A stretch of 64,000 nt of DNA from assembly GCA_963748015.1 (NCBI GenBank), contig CAVVHE010000009.1, forward strand, positions 256,001-320,000. Reading direction: 5' to 3'. A program made the position numbers and the translations under genes. Below are positions 9,987-18,795 of the stretch, in pieces. Every line of letters starts with the position of its first letter. Position 1 is the first letter of the stretch. This stretch comes from Terriglobia bacterium. GTDB lineage: Bacteria; Acidobacteriota; Polarisedimenticolia; Polarisedimenticolales; JAIQFR01. The notes below the pieces were generated by a model, which did not search any database, had not been told where the DNA came from, and was given only the letters and a program-made list of their open reading frames with translations.

Positions 9987-10052
9987 AGTTTCCAGCGAAG
10001 GGAGAGGGGCTGCTATCGGGGATTCCCCGACCCGGCACGGAGAAATACCCGA
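9987..10052 (-). promoter_or_regulatory. Putative activator-dependent promoter of the 9895-6757 operon
   Basis: TCGGGGATTCCCCGA at 10016-10030 and a weaker copy at 10038-10052. -10-like GAAACT at the same spacing as the other promoters. Confidence 0.55.
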
Positions 10053-10062
10053 GATGAGGGGA

Positions 10063-10716
10063 TCAGGCTTCGGGAGAGACGAGTCCCGCCCGGATCGCGA
10101 AGCGGACGAGTCCCGCGACGTCGTGGATCTCGAGCCGCTCCATGATCTGCGCCCGGTGGGTTTCGACCGTTTTGACCGAAAGCCCGAGGTCCGCCGCTAT
10201 TTCCTTGGTCGAGCGCCCCTCGGCGATCATCTGCAGCACCTCGCGCTGGCGGGCCGTCAGCCCCTGGAGCGGGTCCGCGGGGGGACCCTCGCCGCGAAGG
10301 AACGACGACACGACCTTCCGCGAGACGGCGGGGCTCAGGTAGTTCCCTCCCGCCGACACCGCCTCGAGGGCGGCCTCGAGCTCGGAAACGGCGGAGTCCT
10401 TCAGCAGGAAGCCCGCCGCGCCCGCGCGGAGCGCCTGCGCGACGTAGGTCTCCCCCGCGTGCATCGTGAGGATCACGACGCGGGTTCCCGGCGAGACGCC
10501 GCCCACCCTGGCGGCAACTTCCAGGCCGTTCAGGCCGGGCATCGTCACGTCGAGAATGGCGATGTCGGGGCGGAGCTTCGCGATCAGCTCGAGCGCCTCC
10601 CGCCCGTCCCCGGTCTCGCCGGCGATCGTGACTCCCTCGATCGACTCGAGCAGCGACCGGATGCCGCTCCGGACGAGGCGGTGGTCGTCGGCCAGGAGAA
10701 CGGTGGTGGGCCGCAT
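10063..10716 (-). CDS. NarL/LuxR-family response regulator
   Basis: Receiver LADDH..LDVTMP and HTH LTARQREVLQMIAEG..SVKTVETHR. Confidence 0.95.
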   Translation of the reverse strand: MRPTTVLLADDHRLVRSGIRSLLESIEGVTIAGETGDGREALELIAKLRPDIAILDVTMPGLNGLEVAARVGGVSPGTRVVILTMHAGETYVAQALRAGAAGFLLKDSAVSELEAALEAVSAGGNYLSPAVSRKVVSSFLRGEGPPADPLQGLTARQREVLQMIAEGRSTKEIAADLGLSVKTVETHRAQIMERLEIHDVAGLVRFAIRAGLVSPEA

Positions 10717-10717
10717 G

Positions 10718-13700
10718 TCAGCCCCTCCATGACAGCGTCGCCCGGAGTGCGGTTCCCCGCCCGGGCGCGGTTTCGACCGTGACGTTTCCGCCGAGGGCCT
10801 GCGCCCTTTCCCTCATTCCCTGGAGGCCGAGGTGGTCGCCGCCGCCGGGGTGCCCAGCTGTCTCGCCCGCGTCGAACCCCCGGCCGTCGTCGCGTACCTC
10901 GATCTCTAGCCGCTCTTCGGCGCCGCGCAGGACGACGTCCACGCGGCGGGCTCCGGCATGCCGGACCACGTTCGTCACCGCCTCCTGCACGATCCGGAAC
11001 GCCGCGATCTCGACCTCGGGCGGAAGGCGGTCCGGGAGCGTCTCGCTTGCGAGCCCCACTTGCATGCCGCTGCGCTGCGCGAGTGCCTCGAGCTGTCCGC
11101 GGAGCGCCGCGAGAAGCCCGAGATCGTCCATCAGCGGCGGCCTCAAGTCGAAGGACAGCTCGCGCACGAGCCGGATCATCCGGTCCAGGAGCTCCACCGT
11201 GTCCGCGAGCCGCGTCGCCGCCCGCTCGTCGAACCCACCGCGCTGGAGGAGCTGGACGTTCATCTTGGCCGCGGTCAGGAGCTGTCCCATCTCGTCGTGA
11301 AGCTCGCGGGCGATGTGCCTGCGTTCCTCCTCCTTCGCCGCCTCGAGGCGCCTCGTCAGCTGCCGCAGGTGGTCGAAGGCGGCCTGGAGCTCCTTCTCCT
11401 TGGCTTGCGCCTCCTCCAGCGCCGCCTCTCGCTGTGTCTGCAGCTCCGTCAGCTCGCGGTTCCGGCGCTGGAGGCGGGCCGTCCGGGTGGCGTGCCACAC
11501 GATCGCCGCGGCCGCGAGCGCCGTCGCGACCACGAAGCGGAACCAGTCGGTCATGTAGAACGGGGGGACGACGCGAAGGGCGATCCTGGTCGGCGGATCG
11601 CTCCAGCCTCCTCTCGCGCCGCGCCCGCGAAGCTCCAGCTCGTGCGTGCCGGCCGAAAGGTCGGTGAAGGTCAGCATCCTCCGGGACCCGAGATCCATCC
11701 AGCCGCGGTCGTCGTCGGCGAACCGGTAGGCGTAGCGGTGGCGCCGGTGCGGGTCGAAGTCCACGACCGAGAACTCGACGGTCAGGACCTCGCCGTACGC
11801 GATCTCCACGAGGGACGGCGGGCTTCCCGGCCGGGCCGACGCACTCGAGGTGTGCGGCGTGTGCACGGACGTGACCGCCAGCGTCGCCGGCGGCGACGTC
11901 GGGAACGGAGTGCCCCGGGGAATCTCGACGAGGCCATTGAGGGTCCCGATGAAGATCCCCCGGGCGGTCCGCGCGGCCGCCGACAGGTTGCCCTCGGAGG
12001 AGGGGAGGCCGTCCGCGGTGTCGTAGCCGACGAACGTGTTTCGCCGCGGGTCGAAGCGCGCGAGCCCCTGGCGCGTGGAGACCCAGAGGCTCCCGTCGTC
12101 GTCCTCCGCCAGGCCCATCACGGTGTCGTCGACGAGCCCGTCGCGCGCGGTCACACGAACGAACCGCGCGCCTCTGGCCGGATCGAGATCCACGAGGCGC
12201 GCGAGCCCGCCGCCGCCCGTCCCGACCCAGAGACGGCCCGCCCGGTCCTCGAGGATGCACGTGACGTAGTGGTGCGCGAGCGCCTCGGGATCGGTCGGAT
12301 CCACCGTGATGCGCGTCGCCCTGCCCGTCGCGCGGTCGATGAGGTTCAACCCCCCCGATCGTGTCCCGTCCCAGAGACGTCCCTGCCGGTCCTCGTGGAG
12401 GACCGTGACGTAGTCGTCGCCCGGCGTAGACGGGTCGCCCGGCTTCATCGGGAAGCGGTCGAAGCCTCGCTCGTCCGGGCGGAGGCGATGCAGGCCGCCA
12501 CCCCCGGTGCCCACCCAGACGCGGCCGTCCCGGTCCACGAGCACGGCTGTCACATAGCCTCGCCCGAGCGACGTCGGGTCCGCCGCGTCGTGCACGAACG
12601 CGTTGGTGCGACCGCTGCGCGGGTCGTAGCGGACGAGACCGGCGGAGCAGGCGACCCAGATCCGGCCCTCGTGGTCCTCGTTCAGGTGGAGCACGCCGTT
12701 CGCGGCCTTGGACGAGCCGGCGCGGAGCGGCACGTTGACGAACTTGCCGGCCCCCGGATCGAGCCGGTCCACGCCCCCCCCGAACGTGCCGACCCACACG
12801 CGACCCTCGCGATCCTCGAGCACGGCCGTCACGTCGTCGAACGATAGCGTCGACAATCCCACGCCACCCGAACCTATCGTGACGAACGGCGCCGGGGGGC
12901 GCCGCAGACGGAAGAGCCCGCTCCCCGTCGTCCCGATCCACATCGAGCCGCTCCGGTCGACGGCAAGCGCGGTCACCGGCTGGCGCCCGAGGGCCTCGAA
13001 TCCGGCGCCTTCCGGGACCTCGAGGCGATGGGACCCGTTACGGGCGCGGTACACCCCGGTGAACGTGCCGACCCACATCTCTCCCGCTGGCCCGGAGCCG
13101 ACGATGGTCACGACGCTCTGGCCGACGAGCGGTTTCTCGCCGGGGGCCGGGGCCTCGCGGTCGATCGCCCCGTCGCGCCGGCGCACGGCGAATCCGTAGC
13201 GCGTGCCTATCCACAAGCTCCCGTCCGCGTCGAGGCCCAGGACGAACGCGTCGCTGCTGGGCAGGGCCCTGGGATCCTCCCGGCGCACCGGAAGCGGAGC
13301 CGAGGTGCCGGACGCAAGATCGAAGCGGAGCACGCCGTCGCCGACTGTGGCGATCCAGAACGCGCCCTCCGGGTCCCTGACGATCGAAAGGACGTACTCG
13401 GCGCCCGATCGCGGGTTCGAGGGCGGGAGCAGGGGAACGCGTCGCGCGAGGCCGTTCGCCGGGTCGAACAGATTGAGTCCGAACTGAGTTCCGACGAGGA
13501 GCTTGCCGCCCGGGGCGTCCGCGATCGCGTAGACACTGTCGTGGCTGAGCGACGTCGAGTCGGCCGCCCGGTGGCGGTACGTGTCGAATCGGCCCGACGT
13601 GCGATCGAGGCGGCAGAGACCGCCGGTGTTCGTGCCGACCCAGAGCACGCCGCGGGCGTCCTCGAAGATGGTCCGCACCCAGTTGTCGACCAGCGACGCG

Positions 13701-13951
13701 GGATCCGTGACGTCGTGCAAGTAGGGAGTGAACGAGTAGCCGTCGTAGGCGATCAGGCCTTCGCGGGAGCCAATCCACAGGATCCCGGCCCGGTCGATCA
13801 GGAGCGTGTTGATCGTCTCCGCGCGAAGCCCGTCTTTCGCGCCGAAGCTCTCGAGCGGCGTCGCGGGGCCGGCGGCCGTCGCGGCCGCGGCGGCGAGGAG
13901 GGCGAGGATCGCCGCAGCGCATCTCGAAAACCGACTCGCCCTCTCGATCAC
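10718..13951 (-). CDS. Sensor histidine kinase with Reg_prop beta-propellers, Y_Y_Y, TM, HisKA_3 and HATPase
   Basis: Repeated EDxxGxxWxGT units, ARELHDEMGQ, QEAVTNVVRH, DDGRGF. Confidence 0.93.
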   Translation of the reverse strand: MIERASRFSRCAAAILALLAAAAATAAGPATPLESFGAKDGLRAETINTLLIDRAGILWIGSREGLIAYDGYSFTPYLHDVTDPASLVDNWVRTIFEDARGVLWVGTNTGGLCRLDRTSGRFDTYRHRAADSTSLSHDSVYAIADAPGGKLLVGTQFGLNLFDPANGLARRVPLLPPSNPRSGAEYVLSIVRDPEGAFWIATVGDGVLRFDLASGTSAPLPVRREDPRALPSSDAFVLGLDADGSLWIGTRYGFAVRRRDGAIDREAPAPGEKPLVGQSVVTIVGSGPAGEMWVGTFTGVYRARNGSHRLEVPEGAGFEALGRQPVTALAVDRSGSMWIGTTGSGLFRLRRPPAPFVTIGSGGVGLSTLSFDDVTAVLEDREGRVWVGTFGGGVDRLDPGAGKFVNVPLRAGSSKAANGVLHLNEDHEGRIWVACSAGLVRYDPRSGRTNAFVHDAADPTSLGRGYVTAVLVDRDGRVWVGTGGGGLHRLRPDERGFDRFPMKPGDPSTPGDDYVTVLHEDRQGRLWDGTRSGGLNLIDRATGRATRITVDPTDPEALAHHYVTCILEDRAGRLWVGTGGGGLARLVDLDPARGARFVRVTARDGLVDDTVMGLAEDDDGSLWVSTRQGLARFDPRRNTFVGYDTADGLPSSEGNLSAAARTARGIFIGTLNGLVEIPRGTPFPTSPPATLAVTSVHTPHTSSASARPGSPPSLVEIAYGEVLTVEFSVVDFDPHRRHRYAYRFADDDRGWMDLGSRRMLTFTDLSAGTHELELRGRGARGGWSDPPTRIALRVVPPFYMTDWFRFVVATALAAAAIVWHATRTARLQRRNRELTELQTQREAALEEAQAKEKELQAAFDHLRQLTRRLEAAKEEERRHIARELHDEMGQLLTAAKMNVQLLQRGGFDERAATRLADTVELLDRMIRLVRELSFDLRPPLMDDLGLLAALRGQLEALAQRSGMQVGLASETLPDRLPPEVEIAAFRIVQEAVTNVVRHAGARRVDVVLRGAEERLEIEVRDDGRGFDAGETAGHPGGGDHLGLQGMRERAQALGGNVTVETAPGRGTALRATLSWRG

Positions 13952-14050
13952 GCTCGTCTCCCGCGCGGTACCCCGGTGGTGCCTACCAGATACGACGCAA
14001 TCCCGAATTCTGCCGCACTCCTCGCGGCATCCTATTCCTGCCGCCCCCTT

Positions 14051-16180
14051 TCAGCGGTCGCCATCCCTCGAGCCGGAGCGCGCGGCCGCGAGGGCCCGGC
14101 GCGCGTCCTCGTAGCCGGGATCGAGGCGGATGGCTTCCTCGTAGTGGCCGATCGCCTCGGCGGCCCGTCCCTGTTTGGCCAGGAGCAGGCCCAGGTTGAA
14201 GTGCGCCGTGGCGTCGCGGGGGTCGAGGCTCAGCCCCTGCTCGAACTGGCGCATGGCCTGCTCCGACTCGCCTCGAATCGCGAGCACGATGCCCAGGTTG
14301 TTGTGGGCCTCCGGCAGGTTCGGGGCGAGCTCCAGGGCCTTCGAGATCTCGAGGATCGCCTCGGCGGTGCGCCCCTGCCGCCCGAGCACCGAGCCGAGAT
14401 TGTTGTAGGCCTTGGCGAACCGCGGATCGAGCCGGATCGCTTCGCGATACAGGGCCTCCGCTTCCCCGAGCCGGCCGCGGGCGCGCAGGTCGTTCGCCCG
14501 CTCGAAGCTCGCGAGCGCTTCGGGAGACGCCTCCGTCCGCGGCCGCGAGGGGATTCCGGAACGCGCTTTCTCGAGGGCCGCGGCGAGCCGGGGGCCGATC
14601 GTGGGGTCGCCCGGCTCGAGACGATCGGCCTCGCGGAAGGCGACGACCGCGCCCTCGACGTCTCCGGTCTTCTCCAGGGCGTTCCCGAGATTGAACCAGG
14701 CCTCGACGTGGGACGGGTTCGCCTTCACCGCCTCGCGGTAGAGGCCGATCGCCTCGCCGATCCGTCCCTTTCCCTGGAGCGCGACGCCGAGGTTCGAGAG
14801 GGTCGGCGCGTGGTCTGGGCGGATGCGGCGGGCTTCCTCGAAGTGGGCGATCGCCTCGTCGAGCCGCCCGTCGCGCGCGAGGGCGCCGCCGAGGTTGTTC
14901 TCGACGACGTAGTTTCGCGACGTCACTGCCAGCGTGCGACGGAACAGCGTCTCGCTGTCCCGCCAGTAGCCGACCTGCCGCCAGGTGAGCGCCGTGCAAC
15001 CGGAAAGTCCGAGCAGCGCGGCCGCGGCGAGGGCCGCGCGCCCCCATCGCCGCGAGCCGACCAGGTCGGGCAGCCCCCACGCGAGCATCAGGAACACGCC
15101 GATCAGGGGAACGTAGGTGTACCGGTCGGCGCTCGACTGCACGCCGACCTGCACGATGCCGATCACGGGGACCAGCGTGCCGAGGTACCAGAGCCACCCG
15201 GTCACGAGGTAGGGCGCTCTTCGCCTGGCCGCGAGCACCGCGGCGGTGATCGCCGCGAGCACGGCGCACGCCCCCACCGCCTCGAGGACCGGCGCCGATG
15301 CGGGAAGCGGGTAGAGCGCGCCGAGCCGAAACGGCCAGAAGGTCCTCGCGAGGTAGGCCACGTACGCGACCGCGGCGTTGGCCAGCCTCGCGCCGAAGGG
15401 GAGCAGGTCGAGTCCTGCCACGGCGCCCCCTCGCTCCTGCGCGAGCCAGGTCACGACGGACGAGATACCCGCGAGAGCGAAGAGGGGGAGCTTCTCCACG
15501 ACGAGCCCGCGCAGTCCCGCGAGGCGCGACCCTCCCGCCGCCGGGCCGCCGAGGCGCCCGAGCGGCCAGAAGTCGAGAAGCAGCAGGACGAACGGCAGCG
15601 TGACGAGCATGGGCTTCGCCATCAGGCCGAGCGCGAAAAGCAAGGGAAGGAGAACGCGAGTCGTCGTCGTGGGACGCTCGCGGTGGCGCGCGTACGCGAG
15701 GAGGGTCAGCATCCCGAACAGCGTGCTCAACACGTCCTTCCGCTCGGCGATCCATGCGACCGACTCGACGTGGAGCGGGTGGAGGGCGAACAGCGCGGCG
15801 ACGGCGGCGCTGCGCCAGGCGGCGCCGGTGAGCAGGTTGAGCGCGAGCAGAAGGAGAACGGCGTTCAAAGCGTGCAGCGCCACCGACACGAGATGGTGGC
15901 CGGTCGGGTCGAGGCCGAAGACCTCCACGTCGAGCATGTGCGAGAGCCAGGTCAACGGATGCCAGTTGGCGTGGTGTCCGGTACCGAAGGCCCAGCCCAC
16001 GTTCTCGAGGGTGAGTCCCGACAGGACGTGCGGGTTCTCCAGGACGTAAGCGGGATCGTCGTAGTCCACGAACCCGTTGCCGGCGGTCCGCCCGTAGGCC
16101 GCGCCCACGAGCAGCACGAGCGCGACGCAGAGCAGCGCGAGCCTCGGCCGGGAAACGGACGGGATCTGTCGCTTGGCCAA
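14051..16180 (-). CDS. TMTC-like GT-C membrane glycosyltransferase with C-terminal TPRs
   Basis: FVDYDD, WHPLTWLSH, HPLHVESVAWIAERKD, ADRYTYVP, multiple TPRs. Confidence 0.85.
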   Translation of the reverse strand: MAKRQIPSVSRPRLALLCVALVLLVGAAYGRTAGNGFVDYDDPAYVLENPHVLSGLTLENVGWAFGTGHHANWHPLTWLSHMLDVEVFGLDPTGHHLVSVALHALNAVLLLLALNLLTGAAWRSAAVAALFALHPLHVESVAWIAERKDVLSTLFGMLTLLAYARHRERPTTTTRVLLPLLFALGLMAKPMLVTLPFVLLLLDFWPLGRLGGPAAGGSRLAGLRGLVVEKLPLFALAGISSVVTWLAQERGGAVAGLDLLPFGARLANAAVAYVAYLARTFWPFRLGALYPLPASAPVLEAVGACAVLAAITAAVLAARRRAPYLVTGWLWYLGTLVPVIGIVQVGVQSSADRYTYVPLIGVFLMLAWGLPDLVGSRRWGRAALAAAALLGLSGCTALTWRQVGYWRDSETLFRRTLAVTSRNYVVENNLGGALARDGRLDEAIAHFEEARRIRPDHAPTLSNLGVALQGKGRIGEAIGLYREAVKANPSHVEAWFNLGNALEKTGDVEGAVVAFREADRLEPGDPTIGPRLAAALEKARSGIPSRPRTEASPEALASFERANDLRARGRLGEAEALYREAIRLDPRFAKAYNNLGSVLGRQGRTAEAILEISKALELAPNLPEAHNNLGIVLAIRGESEQAMRQFEQGLSLDPRDATAHFNLGLLLAKQGRAAEAIGHYEEAIRLDPGYEDARRALAAARSGSRDGDR

Positions 16181-16357
16181 CTCGAACCCCCTCGCCGGTG
16201 AGGGGGGAGTCTACGGCTCGGGGGGCATGGCCGACAACGGGGCGGCCGGCTCGAGCGAGCCGGCGGCCGTCGCGGGACGTGGCGTCGGGATTCCGGCAGG
16301 AACGCGAGCGACGGCCGAGAAGGCGCCAATTGGCGCGCTTTCTGGTCAGGCGACGCG

Positions 16358-16372
16358 TGGCACACGGCTTGC
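16358..16372 (+). promoter_or_regulatory. Sigma54 (-24/-12) promoter
   Basis: TGGCAC-ACGGC-TTGC ending about 47 bp before ATG 16420. Confidence 0.75.
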
Positions 16373-16419
16373 CCCCTTCCCGGCCGGGAGGCTCCGCTCG
16401 TGGAGCCCGGGAGACGCCC

Positions 16420-18549
16420 ATGGACGCTTCGGAAAGAAGCCGCGTGTTCGGGATGCTGCGCGTTCGCGACGAGGCGGACCTGATCGGGGACGCGCTCGAC
16501 CACATGGCGGGGTTCTGTACCGGCGGGATCTTCGTCTACGACGACGCATCCGGCGACGGGACCGCTGACCTCGCGGCGCGGCACCCCGCGGTGCGCGAGG
16601 CGATCCGCGGCGATTCGTGGGACGACGACCGGGAGCGTGCCGAGTGGCAGCACCGGGCGGCGCTCCTCGAGCGCGCGCGGCGCTTCGCGGGACCGGACGA
16701 CTGGTTGGTCTATCTCGACGCGGACGAGCGGGTCGAGTGGGACTGGAGCCGGCTCCGGGAGCTTCCCCCGGACACGATCGCGGTGAGGATGAAGCTGCTC
16801 GACTTCCACATCACGAAGGAGGACGAGCGCCTGCCGTACACCGAGCGCCGGCTCGCGGGCCCCGAGTACCGGCCGATCGTCATCGCGTTCCGCAATCGCC
16901 CCGGCATCGCCTATCGCCACCCCGACCAGCGGGAGATCGAGCTCGCGGGGCCCGGGCGGATCCTCGACGAGGGTTGGGTACGCCACTACGGGAAAGCGCT
17001 CTCGGTCGCGCGCTGGGAAAGGAAGTGCGACTACTACGCCGGCCACTTCCCGAAGTACGCGGCGAAGTGGGCGGCCCGGCGCGGCCGCGCGGTCCACGAC
17101 GCCTCGGACTTCGGAGCGCCGCTCATCCGCTGGGAGGACCGGGCGACTCGGGCCTACCTGATGCCGCTCGACCCCGAGCGGGCGCGCGGGAACGGCCCGC
17201 TTCGCGTCCTCCTCACGAACCACCACCTGCTCGATACCGCGGGCAGCGAGATGTTCACGCTGACGCTGGCGAAGGCGCTCGTCGAGCGCGGTCACAAGGT
17301 CACCGTCTACTCGAAGTTCGTCGAGCCCCTCGCGCCCGGTTTCCAGGCGCTCGGCGCCCGCGTCGTGGACGAGCTCTCCGCCGTGCGCCAGGAGTCGTTC
17401 GACGTCGCGCACGTCCACCACAACGTGGGCGCCTTCGAGGTGCGCCGCTGCTTCCGCGACCTTCCGATCGTCTTCGTCTCGCACGGCGTGCTGCCCTTCC
17501 TCGAGCGGCCGCCGGCGGCCGATGTCGGGATAGCGCGCTGGCTCGCGGTGAGCGAGGAAGTGCGGGACAGGCTGGTGGCCGAGGGGGCGCCCGCCGGCCG
17601 GGTCGAGCTCTTCCGGAACATCGTGGACGGGCGGAGGTTCCGCTCTTTTGGCCCCCCCGCCGGCCGCCCCGCGCGCGCCCTCGTCCTGAGCCACCGCATC
17701 GACGAGGCCACCGAGCGGGCGATCCGCGACGGCTGCGCCGCCGCGGGGGTCGGGACGCTCTTCCTCGGGGCGCGATTCGCGAAAGCGGACCCCATCGACC
17801 TGCCCGCGTTGATGAACGCCGCGGACGTCGTCTTCACCCTGGGCCGCGGGGCGATCGAGGCGATGCTGTGCGGCCGCCAGCCGTTCGTGCTCGACTACGC
17901 AGGCGGCGACGGGCTCCTCGAGCCCGGCAACGTCGAGCAGTCCATGCGGTGCAACTTTTCCGGCCGGCGCTACGCGAAGCGCTTCGACGCCGCGGACGTC
18001 GCCGCCGAGCTGGAAAACTACTCGCCCGAGGCCGCCGCAGCCCTCGAGCGCTTCGCCCGCGAGCGCTTCGGCGTCGAGGGGCGGCTGCCGGCGCTCGAGC
18101 GGACCTACCTCCGCGCGATCGAGGAGGGGAGGGGCATCCGTCCCGCTCCCGGAGCGGACGCCGTCATCGAGGCGGTCGTGGAGTCGGTCCGTGAGACCCT
18201 CGGCCAGGCCCACAACCTCTGGTCGTGGCGGGCGCGCTCCGGCCGCGTGGCCGTGCCGCCGGCCGCAGCGGATGCCGATTCGGAAAGGCTTCGTGTCGCC
18301 GAGCTGCTGCTTCACTCGGGCTGGAACGAGCCGGCGCGCGACATGCTGCTCGAGATCCTCTCGCGCGACGTGGACCGAGTGGACGCGCTCGCGCTGATGG
18401 CCCGGCTAGGCGTCGTCGAGGGCGACTACGACGACGCCCTCGCGCTCCTCGAGCACGTCCTCGCCGCCCACCCCGGCCACGGGCTAGCCGAGGAGGCGCG
18501 CACTTTTCTGGAATCCCGGCTGCCCGGGACCCGCGCGCTGGGTTCCTAG
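16420..18549 (+). CDS. Fused glycosyltransferase (GT2-like + GT4-like + TPR-like tail)
   Basis: VRDEAD, YDDASGDGT, YLDADER (GT-A). LLTNHHL..GSE and GRGAIEAMLCG (GT-B). Confidence 0.8.
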   Translation: MDASERSRVFGMLRVRDEADLIGDALDHMAGFCTGGIFVYDDASGDGTADLAARHPAVREAIRGDSWDDDRERAEWQHRAALLERARRFAGPDDWLVYLDADERVEWDWSRLRELPPDTIAVRMKLLDFHITKEDERLPYTERRLAGPEYRPIVIAFRNRPGIAYRHPDQREIELAGPGRILDEGWVRHYGKALSVARWERKCDYYAGHFPKYAAKWAARRGRAVHDASDFGAPLIRWEDRATRAYLMPLDPERARGNGPLRVLLTNHHLLDTAGSEMFTLTLAKALVERGHKVTVYSKFVEPLAPGFQALGARVVDELSAVRQESFDVAHVHHNVGAFEVRRCFRDLPIVFVSHGVLPFLERPPAADVGIARWLAVSEEVRDRLVAEGAPAGRVELFRNIVDGRRFRSFGPPAGRPARALVLSHRIDEATERAIRDGCAAAGVGTLFLGARFAKADPIDLPALMNAADVVFTLGRGAIEAMLCGRQPFVLDYAGGDGLLEPGNVEQSMRCNFSGRRYAKRFDAADVAAELENYSPEAAAALERFARERFGVEGRLPALERTYLRAIEEGRGIRPAPGADAVIEAVVESVRETLGQAHNLWSWRARSGRVAVPPAAADADSERLRVAELLLHSGWNEPARDMLLEILSRDVDRVDALALMARLGVVEGDYDDALALLEHVLAAHPGHGLAEEARTFLESRLPGTRALGS

Positions 18550-18711
18550 CCGGAAGCCCGCGGCAAGAGTCGCCCCGAAGCGGCCCTCTCTTCGCGCGGC
18601 CGGTTCTTCCCTAGAAGGCCGCGCGAAGAGCGGAGCAAGGCGGCGCGGCGACCCGCGCCGCGCAACGCCGCAGCGTGCCGCGCGGGGCGACTCTTGCCGC
18701 GGGCTTCCGGC
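18549..18711. repeat. 163-bp element with 29-bp perfect terminal inverted repeats and internal hairpins
   Basis: 18549-18577 is the reverse complement of 18683-18711. Inner IR 18588-18601/18617-18630. Confidence 0.85.
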
Positions 18712-18795
18712 GCACACGGCCGCACGCGCGCTGCCAGGGGTTCGAGGTTGTTCGGGCGTCGGTCATCGGCTAACCTCAGGCGGCGATCCGGCGCG

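Noticed and set aside
13028..16505. Very long alternative-frame ORFs (1057 aa, 840 aa, and similar ones elsewhere)
   Set aside because: Arg/Pro/Gly-rich shadow frames typical of high-GC DNA that overlap well-supported genes.
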